Below, in pieces: positions 1 through 13,242 of a DNA stretch of 64,000 bases. A program made the position numbers and the translations under genes. The stretch lies in assembly GCF_006345805.1 (NCBI RefSeq), contig NC_042998.1, forward strand, positions 85,064,001 through 85,128,000, given 5' to 3'. This DNA is from Octopus sinensis (Eukaryota). How positions within the stretch are numbered: the stretch's first letter is position 1; each line of letters starts with the position of its first letter. Below the pieces are notes generated by a model. That model saw only the letters and a program-made list of their open reading frames with translations, did not search any database and was not told where the DNA came from.

Positions 1-1039
1 GATGATGATGATGATGATGATGATAGGCAATAGCAAGAAGAAGCATTGGCACAGCTAAATGCTTAAGAAGTTTGGTTCCCAATCATGTGATTTGGGGTTC
101 AGTTCCACTGTGTGACACCTTGGGCAACTGTCTTCTACTATCACCTTTAGCTTGACTGAAGTCTTATGAGGGAATTTGGTAAAAGAAAACTGAATGATGC
201 CTGCTGAATCTATGTGTATGAGTATGTGTGTATACACACACACACACACACACATATGAGGTCTTATCTTTATGTATGTGCATGTGTAGAGGAATCCTTT
301 GTCTTGACATTATGCAATAGTTGTACAAATCGTGTTGTTTCCAATCTTCTGTGAAAACATGTTTGGACATGGGGAAATATTACATTGCTTGGAAACAAGG
401 GACGGTTAGCAACAGGAAGGACATTTGGCTGTAGAAAATCTGATTCAATAAATTCCCTGACTCCTGTAAGCATGGAAAAAGTGGACATTAAAATTAAAAT
501 GAAGATGATAAGCATAAAAAGTAAGCTGTTAATTTAAGGTTCCTATTATTTCATAGCTGACTAAAAGGGAATATTTTGTTTTACATCTGCTCTTTAAATT
601 TCTGTGATAAATAAGGTGAACCCACTGTAAGAAATAGCTTTACCCTTTATTGAACCCCAAAAATGAAGAATATAAATAGAAGTTAACAATTTAAATAACA
701 CTCTATCAGTTATGATGGTGATGGTTAAATTCAATCCAGTCAATGGAACAACTTGCTCAAGAAATTAGTGTGTAAGTGGCTGAGCACTCCACAGACACAC
801 CTACCCTTAACATAGTTCTCAGGGAGACTCAGCGTGACACAGAATGTGACAAGGCTGGCCCTTTGAATTACAGGTACAACTCAGTTTTGCCAACTGAGTG
901 AACTGGAGCAATATGAAATAAGGTGTCTTGCTCAAGGACACACCATGCAACCAGGTATTGAGCTCACAACCTTACAATCTTAAGCCAAATGCCCTTACCA
1001 CTCAGCCATGTGCTTTCACTGAATAGATGTTATATAGAT

Positions 1040-1492
1040 GCAATGGCAAAGCATTTAAGAAGTTCTCTTCAGAACTACTTATTTTGGGGTTCAGTCCCAC
1101 TGCACAGCATTTCAGGCAAGTGCCTTCCTGGGTCAATTAATGCTTTGGGAGTCAATTTGTTATATGGAAAGTGTGTGGAATTTGTGTATGTATGTATGTA
1201 TGTATGTATGTATGTATGTATGTATGTATGTATGTATGTATGTGTGTGTGTGTATGTATGTATGTATGCATGTATGTATGTATGTGTGTGTGTGCATGAC
1301 TTTCTGCTTGTCTCTTCGCTGCCTGACAACTGATGTTGGTTGGTTTACATCTTCATAACAAAACCAGTTAAGAAAAAGAGACTGAGAGAATAAGTATGAG
1401 GTTGGGGTTGATGTTTTTTGACTAAATTCTTTAAGGTGGTGCCCTAGCATGGCCACAATCTAATACTGAAACAAGTAAAAGAAGAATAAAAG
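1040..1492 (+). mobile_element. SINE family A, diverged, with expanded (TATG)n
   Basis: Head ggggttcagtcccactgc and tail actgaaacaagtaaaaga. Confidence 0.75.
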
Positions 1493-2791
1493 AATTATAT
1501 ATATATAGTTATGTTATATCTATACAAAGCACTGTGTAATGTGGTTGGCAAACATGTACAGATAATGTAGGTATGAGAGGACCCTTTTGTCCACATTGAC
1601 ATGGCAACCTCACTAGTTCTGATAATAGGACAGAAGGTACCCAGTGTTCTATGATAAGTGGTTGGTGTTAGGAAGGGCACCCAGCTGTAGACACTATGCT
1701 TAAATTGGAATGTATGAACATGTTACAGTTCTCTGATTTGTCTAAGAGGACAGTGACTTCAAATATGGACTGACACAGGACGTGCTTACTTATCCAATCC
1801 ATGCTAGCATGGAAAACAGATGTAAATAATGATAGTTATAAAGATGTATGTATGTATGTATGTATGTATACATGCATACATAAAATAAGTGTGCGGATAT
1901 ATATATATATATATATATATATAGGAAGGGCATCCAGCTGTAGAAACACTGCCAGATCAGACTGGGCCTGGTGCAGCCTTCTGGTTTCCCAGACCCCAGT
2001 TGAACCGTCCAACCCATGCTAGCATGGAAAGCGGACGTTAAACGATGATGATGATGATATATATATATATATATATATTGCTAGTAGGGATACTGCATTT
2101 CATTAAGCAACCATTACGAAATACGATGTCCCTACCAGCAATTAATATGTATGCACTAGTTGACAGGAATGTGTTTAATGCACACACACATACATGCACA
2201 CATGGAAATGCACACATCACAAGCAAGGGTCCCTAGCTGATAGGCAAAGACACATGCCATCTCTAGTCTGCTCTAGTGTGACCACAGTAGTTCTGCTTCA
2301 TGGAACTAGTAAATCACCTTGATCTAAACCCATTCAGCATACCAATTGCTTCTTCTCTCTTGACCAGCTGGCAAGAGTAGTCAACATATCACATGATTGA
2401 CATTCAAAAAAGATACTCAATGTTATTTTGTTTGTCTGTCATTTATGTATTTAGGATGTCATAGTTGAGGTTAGTTATAAGTTAAAACAAATTTATGAAA
2501 AATATTTTAAATAAACAGATATTAATGTTGATCCATTGCTGACAAGGATGTTCTTTAATCCCATAAAATTTAGATGTTGGTGTGTGAGAGAGAGTGGGGG
2601 AGGAGAGGAAAAAAGTAAGAGTGTGTTCATATGGAGTCCACTCTGTAAACATCATTTTTTGGTTTGTAAAAATAGAATAATTGTAATGATGGAATGTCCT
2701 CATATTGTCTATTTCTTATCACTAAAAGGTCAAGTTGTCAAAGGTTTTAACTTCCCAATATTTCAGTTATATATATATATATATATATATG

Positions 2792-2828
<37 letters not shown>

Positions 2829-2849
2829 ATGTATCTATCTATCAAGCTA

Positions 2850-2879
2850 TCATCATCATCATCGTCGTCATCATCATCG

Positions 2880-2911
<32 letters not shown>

Positions 2912-3225
2912 GTTTAACATCCGCTTTCCATGCTAGCATGGGTTGGACGATTTGACGGAGGACTGGCGAACCAGATGGTTGCACCAGGTTCCAGTCTGAT
3001 CTGGCAGAGTTTCTACCACTCTGAGAGTGTTGTGGGTGCTTTTACGTGCCACTGGCATGAGGGCCAGTCGAGCAGTACTGGCAACAGCCACGCTAAAATG
3101 GTGTTTTTACATGCCACCTGCATAGAAGCCAGTCCAGTGGCACTGGCAACGACCTCGCTCAAATGTTTTTTCACATGCCACTGGCACAAGTGCCAGTAGG
3201 GCGACGCTGGTAACGATCAGGCTCA
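2850..3225 (-). mobile_element. SINE-like family C with (GAT)n tail; further copies at ~1921-2057, 12860-13175, 24480-24685, 29790-30050, 44860-45140, 47469-47716 and 58376-58695
   Basis: Shared aggaagggcatccagctgtagaaa...acccatgctagcatggaaagcggacgttaaacgatgatgatg. Confidence 0.85.
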
Positions 3226-3302
3226 AGCAGTATTTGTAATTTGCCATGAATATCAATTTGTTTATCCACCTCTACATGGATGTACTGGATGTAACATATA
3301 TA

Positions 3303-3759
3303 TATGAGGGAGAGTCTAAAATTATACATACTCTTTTTTTTTCAATGTATTTACACAAAAGCAGAGGATAAACAAGTATGTCATTTTTCTATATAGTCTC
3401 CTTCCTTTTTGATGCAGTTGGTCCAGCAGTCTACAAGCTTGCATATTCCCTCCAATAATATTTTTGGCTGGTCATGCAACCATTTATGCACTGCTTCCTT
3501 CACATCTTCATCCATAGGAAATCAATGACACATAAACCATCTTTGAGCAGTCCAGAGATATGATAGTCGGAAGGGGTGAGATCTGGGCTGTAGGCAGGGT
3601 GTTCCAGCTCCTCAGTACCCAATTGGTTAATGGTTTCAATGGTCTGGCTAACAACAATACTTTCTTCAACAATAAGCACATATGCACAGAAGGCAGCATG
3701 ACAATAATAAAGATATGTTATGGCAAAAGTGTGGATAATTTTTGACTGCCCCTTATGTA
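3303..3759 (-). mobile_element. Internally deleted mariner element with both TIRs
   Basis: TIRs tatgagggagagtctaaaattatacatac (3303-3331) and gtgtggataatttttgactgccccttatg (3729-3757) match at about 22/29 positions. The minus-strand ORF contains LEHPAYSPDLTPSDYH, the mariner YSPDL motif. Confidence 0.85.
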
Positions 3760-3771
3760 TACATACATACA

Positions 3772-3807
<36 letters not shown>

Positions 3808-3935
3808 TATATATAAGCTGATGAACCACCTATTGATCCCCTCCATTTTCTTATTTCTATATATATATATATATATATCGTTTTGGGATTTGGTTTGCAA
3901 GATTCTTTATATGAGTTTGTGTGTTGAAGCATATT

Positions 3936-4534
3936 CTGTTGTGTCTGGGGAGAGTTATTTTCTTTTTGTGCCTTATTATGTAACACACTCACCAGTAAAA
4001 TTTCCACTTTTTTCTTATTTTTATTGTCCTAAAATTTTTGTTGCGTCTTGCAAACTTTTCAATAGTCTTGACTCTGTCCGTTATTTTGTTTGTTTGTGCG
4101 CATGTGTGTGAGTGTGTGCCTATACATGCATGCATGTACGTATGTATGTATGTGTGTGTTTGCATATGTATGTATATATGTGTGCGTATGCATATGTATA
4201 TATATGTATATATGTGTGTGCATCTGTATGTACGTATCCTGCATATTTCTGTGCTTGCATGTCTGTGTTTGTGCATTTTCTATGCAAACACAAACATACA
4301 TACATATATACATGCATGCATGTATAGGCACACACACACTGACCCACACACATGCGCACAAACAAACAAAAAGGAACGCAGTGTAAATAACGAACAGAGT
4401 CAAGACTATTGAAAAGGTTGCAAGACGCAACGAAAATTTTAGGACAATAAAAATAAGAAAAAGTGGAAATTTTACCGGTGAGTGTGTTACATAATAAGGC
4501 TCAAAAAGAAAATGACTCTGCCCAGACACAACAG
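3936..4534. repeat. ~600-bp fold-back element (arms ~3936-4145 and ~4290-4534)
   Basis: ctgttgtgtctggggagag...gtcttgactctg is mirrored by cagagtcaagac...ctctgcccagacacaacag. The arms are highly similar, and (TA)n follows the right arm. Confidence 0.85.
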
Positions 4535-4552
4535 TATATATATATATGTATA

Positions 4553-4617
<65 letters not shown>

Positions 4618-4619
4618 CA

Positions 4620-5100
4620 AAGCAATAAGGGTTTAGCAACGAATTGCCTTACCACATACCGAATTTAGAAATAGCAGTCAAAGGGTTATAGCTATTTCTT
4701 CTACTAAAAGGGAGATCTCAGTAAAAACAGCAATTGGAAGGCTGACACAAACAGGTAAGAGAGAATGAATTAACTGCAATCTATCAAACATTTTTTAAAC
4801 TTTAAAAATCTTTAAAAATGTTTGATAGATTGCAGTTAATTCATTCTCTCTTACCTGTTTGTGTCAGCCTTCCAATTGCTGCTTTTACTGAGATCTCCCT
4901 TTTTAGTAGAAGAAATAGCTATAACCCTTTGACTGCTATTTCTAAATTCGGTATGTGGTAAGGCAATTCGTTGCTAAACCCTTATTGCTTAGTATTACTT
5001 AAATTTTCCTCGAATGAGGCTTTTACATGCCGAAGACTACTTGGTGTAATTGATAATTATTCCAAATTAATTAATTTCACCCTTCATTATTACGGATATT
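4620..5100 (+). repeat. Near-perfect 371-bp palindrome (4620-4990) plus a 110-bp unpaired tail; probable Penelope-type terminus with an inverted 5' copy
   Basis: Arms 4620-4799 and 4811-4990 differ by one substitution and about three homopolymer indels, around an 11-bp spacer. The tail's reverse complement (aagggtgaaattaatta...acaccaagtag) resembles the 57.5-kb terminus (aagggtgagagaatta...acaccaagtgg). (TA)n-rich flanks. Confidence 0.85.
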
Positions 5101-6093
5101 ATATATACATATATAGACATACATACATACATACAAATGTATATATACATATATACATACATACATATATATATACTTATATATATATACATATATATGC
5201 ATATATATACATATATATACACACACACACACACACATATATATATACACACACATATACATACACACACACACATATATATATACATATACATATATGC
5301 ATACAGTCATATATACACACATACACACATATTTTTGTATATTATATATATATGTGTGCGCACAACACACACACACACACACACAAATATATTTGACATT
5401 CCTGTATAATAACTTTTTATATCTAATAATAGGATATCACTTATCATTTAGGGCAGTTTAATACACAGGAGTTAGATATGATATAATCTATCCATCTATT
5501 TGTCCATCCATCTCTCCATATGTATACATGCACATGTGTGTGGGTGGGTGGGTAGGGTGTATAAGAACAAAAATAACAAGACAGAAGAGAAAATGAAAAC
5601 CATGATTTACACTCAAGGTGTCACCAAAAACTAGATCCCCAACCTATATTTTGTGCTTTAGATTATTTTAGCCAGATGATACCTACAGTGGTATCTATTT
5701 CAAAGATCCTGGAATGACATTTATTAGGATTTGAGCTATGAAATGTGAAACCACAATACATCTCTAGGAAAAGCATCTAGTTAGGTTCTGTAGCCTTTCT
5801 GTCAGCTGTGAGATGAATAATATTAGTAAAAGTGTAATTAAAACAAGGAAATAAGAAAGGAAGGGAATGGTATTTAGATTTTGTTGGGAAATTCACAAAC
5901 TATATCAGCAGTATACTCCATGTGTGTGCATGTGTGTGTGTATATACATGTATGTATATATTTATGTATAAACTAGATGTGGAGTCACTATAAACCTTAT
6001 GTGAACAATGACCCAATACTTCTTTCCTTTCCTTTCCTTCTCAGTATAATTCTCATCAATTCACTCTCCATCTATTTCACTGCCTGCATCTCC

Positions 6094-6124
<31 letters not shown>

Positions 6125-9100
6125 TACACACACACATACACACACATACACACACACACACAGAAATTATTTATGCTGTCATCACTCCTTTCTTTCTCAC
6201 TGTCACCATCCAGCTCTACTTCTTCACTCTTCCAATTTTTTTTTCATGTCAAACATCCTCATTTTCAATTTATAAACTCTCACTGGACACATCCAAACAA
6301 TTGTGTAATACAGACATTTATATGAATATATTTTCATTCATTTCTCAATAGCCCCAATAAATCTATTCACAAATTGTCAATCAAAATGACATCTTTACAT
6401 CCAAGCAACCACATAGAAGCTTCTTTATAGACTTGTTCAATATGGCTTTTCTTCCCTAAGTCCTGAAGAAATTATTTCACTCCCAGTATCTTCAACCATT
6501 TATACTGTGAACCATCAAGGAAGCCATTATGTAGTTGGTCTGTGTGCTAGAAATAGTAGCCAAATCTCCATTAAATCATAATCTTATACAATAAAAGTAG
6601 AAAGGATACTTTCCCCATGAGATATCTTGAATGATCCTAAAATAACAAGATTGTTAATTTCTCTGAAATGGATAGCTCCGATCATGGGCTGCACCTATAA
6701 GAGGTGGGGATTCAGCAGGTATGTCAGTCCAGACTCCAGAGAAGTAAAAAAAAAAAGGGGTCCATGAATATCCAATGGGCTTCTTCCTCAAAAAGAAAGA
6801 AAAAAAAGTCCCTACTTCACAACCTCCTCAAATTTTAAGAGAATCCAATTGCATCAATGTCTCAAAAGCAATCTTGTTCTTGTCCTGTAAAATTTCTCTT
6901 GGAGGCCCCAATCATGGTCTTCAATCAAAACAACAGTAATTACTGCAATCAACATTGCCAAATTCCAAGAATCTGGAAACTTGTAAGAACACTAATTCTA
7001 AAAACCTGTAGCAGAGCTCTACTTTGATTTGAACCTAGGACTTTGTTGCACCTGATCAGGAATTTCTCTGCAGACAATTGGAATTTTATGGACTGAGTAA
7101 TGACATCATCAAAAATCTAGTCAATAAAAATTATATGTAAACAGCTGTCAGATGTTGCTAATCGGGTGATGTGTTCTCGATAGATCTGTCCAAAAAGATT
7201 TGTTATAGAGTTTATAAAAAGAAGCTATTCGTAAAAAAATATACAGTGAGACTTAGCAGCTAAGCAACATAATGATAAACTGTCAAAAGAACTTTCTATA
7301 CAGATACTGGCTAAATCTTCAACATTCATACACTCACCCTTTATTTTTGTTCCTCTGTGAACACATAAATAACCACCATGAACGGAACTTTTCCTTTCTT
7401 GTCTTCCTTTTGTTCTACCAGATCATTCATTGCATCTAGTATTATCTTGGTAACAATAAATACTGTGTGAAGATCTGAGCATCAGCCTGTCTTTATTTTA
7501 CCAACTTTAGTATTCTTCCCAGTTTAATAAAAGCTTAAACAGTGTCCCACAGTCACATCACTTTCCTATGTGCATCCTTAAGAACAGAATAGAGATCCAT
7601 TCTTTGGCATCACCAACACATTTCATTTACAGGCTGTTAGACTTAATCTCAAAACTATGAATAAATCTCACACTAAGGATACATTACATTTACAATTAGT
7701 GACTAATTTCACTGGAAAATAAAGTGTTCTGTAACTTTTAACACATCTTTGGTTTGCTATAAAAAGATTTGTCTTCATGTGGTATGTCAAGGGTTAAGTT
7801 CCGTTTGGTGGCACCCATCCCTTGCATACCAGTGACGATGACTGGAAATCATAGTTAAGTGAGACGATGTGTCAATAGTTCAAATGAGAATTAGTTGTGC
7901 TGCCGGTTTGGTTCTCTGGGAGCACACTGCCAGATAATAATGATTCCAGATAAATAAGCTGAATACATCCTATTATGATAAACCTAGGAAACATTTATGA
8001 GGTTTTTCAAATTGCTAGAAATAGCATTAAAATCTCCTTTAAACTGCACACATTGAATGCATCTGTCTGAAATATAATATTCTTAAAATTAAGATGGAAT
8101 GGTTATGGTTTGAATTCTTTTGATGAGTTGGATCAGAGCTAAGAGGAGTGAGGTGGGGACTAAGTAACAAAACCCACCTGGACTATAATTAAATTTTTTT
8201 TATTGCATCATAAGAGAATGAAGGACAGTGCCCTTGACTCTGTTTAGGGCCTCTCAGATTGATGGGAGGAATGTAGTGGAGCTGTGCTCAGACCAGAGAT
8301 TAGTACAAATAATTGCATCAGAGCAGACTTTGCTAAAAGTACCCAATGACTACTTGGTGCTATTAAACCAGGCAACAGATTAGGTCCATCAGTAAAAATA
8401 GGAACAGTCCATTCAAAGAGCTACCACAGGGACTTCATCTACTATATTTCTCACACAAGACTTGAGGCAACCTGAGACTTTGATTGGATATACTTGCACA
8501 AAATGATACACTGTGAGATCAAACACCCTCTTTAGCAGTAATACAGCATGATTTTGGCCACCCTGTATGGTAGCCAAATTGGTTGCCTCCTCCCTTAAAC
8601 ATACCTTCAACTACAGCAAACACATCAATAAAGTGGTCACCTTGAACAACAAAAGGATATGGCTGCTATAAATTTTCATTTACTCAGGTTAGATGAAAGG
8701 TAAAGTTGGTCCAGGGAGAACTAACGCTCAATTGTTTAACCCTTTAGCATTTAGATTGCTCTGACAAATGTAATGAAGTGATTGTTTGGTTTTAGAGTGA
8801 CGTTGTAGGGTAGGTATCAGAGACCAAATCTGACTGGTTTGATCATACAACAGCCAGAATATTTGGGCTGGATATGACCAGTTTAAATGTGAACTTTTAA
8901 CATCCCCTCCCTTTATTTAATTATTTATTATGTATCTTTTTAAAGAGAAAAAATGGCTTTTAGATTTCTATGCTTTAAACACTAGATTCAGAATGAACAA
9001 AAAATTTTTTATTTAATTTTTTTTTTATTTAATCAAGATACTTTTTTGATACTTTTTTAACTATGTATACTTTTATGAATATAGAAAGTAATTTCTGTGT

Positions 9101-10998
9101 GTATAAATATATTTCATTTGTATTCAAAATGTATAAATATATTTTGTGTTCATAATTACATTTTCATCTTTAAAAATTGTAACAACAACATTTTAAGTTT
9201 CCATCAAGAAAAACACTACATTACTTAATACTCACATTATTAAATCCACATTACTTAACATCCTTTCAAAAACTAATATACAGCTATTACAAGATATTTC
9301 TGTTCTGTAGTCTTGTTATGAATATATAAATACATTTATAAAACATTGGATTGTGATTCCTATTTATTGTTTTTTTTTTCTCTCTTTAAACAAGTTTGCA
9401 CAAATATCTTGTAATAGCTGTTATTAGCTTTCAAAATAATGTACCTAATGTGTATTGAATGATATAAGCATTAAGTAAATGTACTGTCTCACTTTCTGAA
9501 AATTTAAAATATTTTTGTTCTTTCAATTTATTAAAGATAGCGGTGGCATGACTGTGTAGTTAAGAAATTGGCTTCCCAACCAAATGGTTTTGGGTCCAGA
9601 CCCACTGTGTGACATCTTGGGCAAGTACCTTCTACTGTAACCCCTGGACTGACCTGAACCATGTGAGAGGATTTGGCAGGTGGAAACTAAAAGAAGCCTG
9701 TCATACATATATATTAATTTCATCAGCTCATTTTCATTTTACATCTGCTTACCATGCTGCTATGGATTAGACATTTTGGCAGAATCTAACAGATCAATGG
9801 GCCTGTCTTGCCCCAGTGTCTTGGCATGATTTCTATGGCTGGATGCCCTTCTTAATGCCAACCATTTTACAGAGTACTAGATGTTTTTTTTGTTTTTCTT
9901 TTGTATGCATGTATGTATGTGTGTGCATGTGTGGTTGTATATCCTCTTTATTTGATATTGCATTGTTAAGTCAGTGTCATGGTCATACAAGCAATGGCAT
10001 TCAACTTCTAATATGCCATGAAAACATGCCCAACCACGAGGAAAATAATATCTTACTTGGAAACAGGTGAAGGCTGGTGAAAGGCAGGGCATCCAGCCGT
10101 AGAAAATCTGCCTTGATGAATTCTAACCAACTCATGCAAGCCTGACAAAGTGAATGATGATGATGATGATGATGATGATGACGATGACGATGACGATGAT
10201 GATGATGATGATAAAAGTGTAATTACAAATGCAAACAAAGTATTTTTATACATCTCAAATTCAAAATATATTTACATAAATGAAGCATATATATATATAT
10301 TTCTTATACATGAACTATATTTTACATATAATATATAAGTATATATTTATATATAATATATTTGTAAATAAGAAGGTTTTTTAAAAATTTTTTTATATAT
10401 TCATAAACATACACATGCACATATAAAAAAGAAGAATTGTAAATTCTCAAATGCTAATGCCATTCTGATTGCAAAGACATAAAAAAAATATTGCATATTC
10501 TGAATCTCTTCAAAATATAATTATCTAATAACTGTTGTTTTAAAGAAGATACATAATAAAGAAATTAGAGAGCTTATGGAATGAACAAATGAATATACTT
10601 TTATACTTTTATTTGTTTCAGTCATTTGACTGCAGCCATGCTGGAGCACTGCCTTTACTGCATGATTGAAACTCAGTGTCATGCAAATAAAAGTGAAATT
10701 GCTATTTCTTATTGAAACATACATAAGATAGTGAAAATATAATGGAGACATGTTATTCAGGATACAAATGTAAACTTTCATAGCCTTATGCATTATAGCT
10801 GCCCAGCAGGGCCAAGTAATGCACCGGTGCCTTTACATACACAATCACAACATATATAGATTAGCATTGGGCACCCTAGCACTTTAGGGCTCTCAGGTAA
10901 AATCTCAGTAAGCTCTGCTTTTATGCATATGCACTTGTGTGAATACATTTGTGTGTGTGTGTATACACATACTCACATACTCACATATATACTTATAT

Positions 10999-11034
<36 letters not shown>

Positions 11035-11158
11035 TAAGAACAGTAGCCAGCTGTGGAAACTATGTCAAAAAGAAAAGCAGATGAGTGAGGTATTGTCCTC
11101 TAACCACACCTAGAAGGACAATAACCTCCAAATAAGAATAGATTCAAATTGTGACTAA

Positions 11159-11552
11159 CGCAGGAGTGGCTGTGTGGTAAGTAGCTTGCTTACCAATCAC
11201 ATGGATCCGGGTTCAGTCCCACTGCGTGGCATCTTGGGCAAGTGTCTTCTGCTATAGCTCCGGGCCGACCAATGCCTTGTGAGTGGATTTGGTAGACGGA
11301 AACTGAAAGAAGCCTGCCGTATATATGTATATATATGTATATGCGTGTGTGTGCTTGTGTGTCTGTGTTTGTCCCCCTAGCATTGCTTAACAACTGATGC
11401 TGGTGTGTTTACGTCCCCGTCACTTAGCGGTTCGGCAAAAGAGACCGATAGAATAAGTACTGGGCTTACAAAGAATAAGTCCCGGGGTCGATTTGCTCGA
11501 CTAAAGGTGGTGCTCCAGCATGGCCGCAGTCAAATGACTGAAACAAGTAAAA
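11159..11552 (+). mobile_element. tRNA-derived SINE family A, well-preserved full-length copy with internal TA/TG microsatellite
   Basis: Head cgcaggagtggctgtgtggtaag...gggttcagtccc (A/B-box-like), body ccttgtgagtggatttggtagacggaaactgaaagaag, tail gactgaaacaagtaaaaga. More than 15 related copies occur in the window. Confidence 0.9.
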
Positions 11553-12056
11553 GAGAGAGAGAGTAACCTGTCAAGCCCACTTCCAACCCATACCAGCATA
11601 GAAAGCAGACATGAAACAATAACAACAACAACAAGGATGACAAAGACAGACAGACAGACAGACAGACAGACAGCTAGCCTTTGCCAGAAGTTCAATGCCA
11701 CAACGTAGCATCTTGGACAAGCATTCTTTCTTTACACAACCTTGGTTTGAGCCAAGCTTTGTGAGTAAAATTGGGTCACTGGATGTTGTGTGGAAAGAAG
11801 CTTGTCAAATGGATTGTACCTGTGACTGAGCCTTATTATATGCACACTCTGAGAATTACATTAAGGATACACATGTCTATGGAATACCCACTTACATGCT
11901 AATTCAGTGACTTGACAGTTCCTGTGCTTTTATATGTATATTTACTTGTTTGTTTGTTTGTGTATCTGTGTGTTGTGTGTGTGCATACACACACACCTAT
12001 ATACGTACACACACATATATTTATATGTATATATGCATATATATCTGTACATATAT

Positions 12057-12111
<55 letters not shown>

Positions 12112-13173
12112 CACACATTAATATACATATATATATATTTATATATATGTGTGTGTGTATGTATATATATATATATATATATATAAATGTAAATGTATGT
12201 GTAAAATATGCTTGTATCTATGTGTTTGTATTTATGAATGGATATGTATGCGTGTATAATGTGTCATTGTTTATACAGTCGTGAGAGAACACTCAAAATT
12301 GAACACAAAAAGGTTTACCAGTTGACAATCTATTTGTCTCATTAACTCCCAAAGCTGTGATATTGAGAACAACGTACTTGGCAGCCTCACACATTTTGCA
12401 AGCACCTGTATGACAGATGAGGGTAGGAGTAATCTAGTCTGTAGTGGTTACATCAGTAGATAAAGACAAAATATAAAATGTTAAACTGAAGGAAAGGAGA
12501 GAAAGGAGGATAGAAGAGAAGAGGGGAGAAAGTGGAAGTAAAAGTAAAAATAGAGGGGAAAAGTGCAGGCAAAAAAATATATGAAAAATAGTTCAATGAA
12601 AATCTAGAAAAAAAAGACAAAGAAAGAAAGAGATGTAGCAATGTTCTTTTCTTTTTCCTCCTTGCCATCATCAACGCAAAAAACTAAATAATTAATCTAA
12701 GGAGGAGTGAAAATTTGAAAGACTGAAGACTGAATGGGAAATGAGCAAAAGTGTGAAAGAGAAGGAGTTCTTAATGTGTGTCAGTGTGTGAGGATTGTAA
12801 GCCAAATGCCCCTAACCACTAAATCACATGCACTTGCCCCTCTCTTAATTCTTTGTCTTGCAAGATCCTGCCAGTGCTGGTGCCACGTGAAAAGCAGCCA
12901 GTCTACATTGTTAAGTGGTTCGGATTTGGAAAAGCATCCAGCTGTAAAACTCGTGCCAAAACTAACCTCACCTGTGCTAGTGCCACATAAAAAGCACTGA
13001 GTCCACTCAGCAGAGTGGTTTGTGTTAGGAAGGGCATGCAGCTGTAAAAACCCTGTCAAAACAGAGTAGCATAGGATAGTTTTTCTACCTGGCCAGCTCG
13101 TGTGAACCATCCTACCCATGCATGCATGGAAGATGGATGTTAAACGATGATGATGATGATGATGATGATGATG

Positions 13174-13237
<64 letters not shown>

Positions 13238-13242
13238 ATATA

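Noticed and set aside
4880-4930. CTGAGAT...GAAATAGCTATA with a palindromic stem-III-like segment
   Set aside because: The 5' core is not CUGANGA and no stem I partner exists, so it is likely chance.
6850-7797. Possible piggyBac transposase relic ending in gtcaagggttaa
   Set aside because: Only one TIR-like end was found, and translations did not give convincing DDD motifs.
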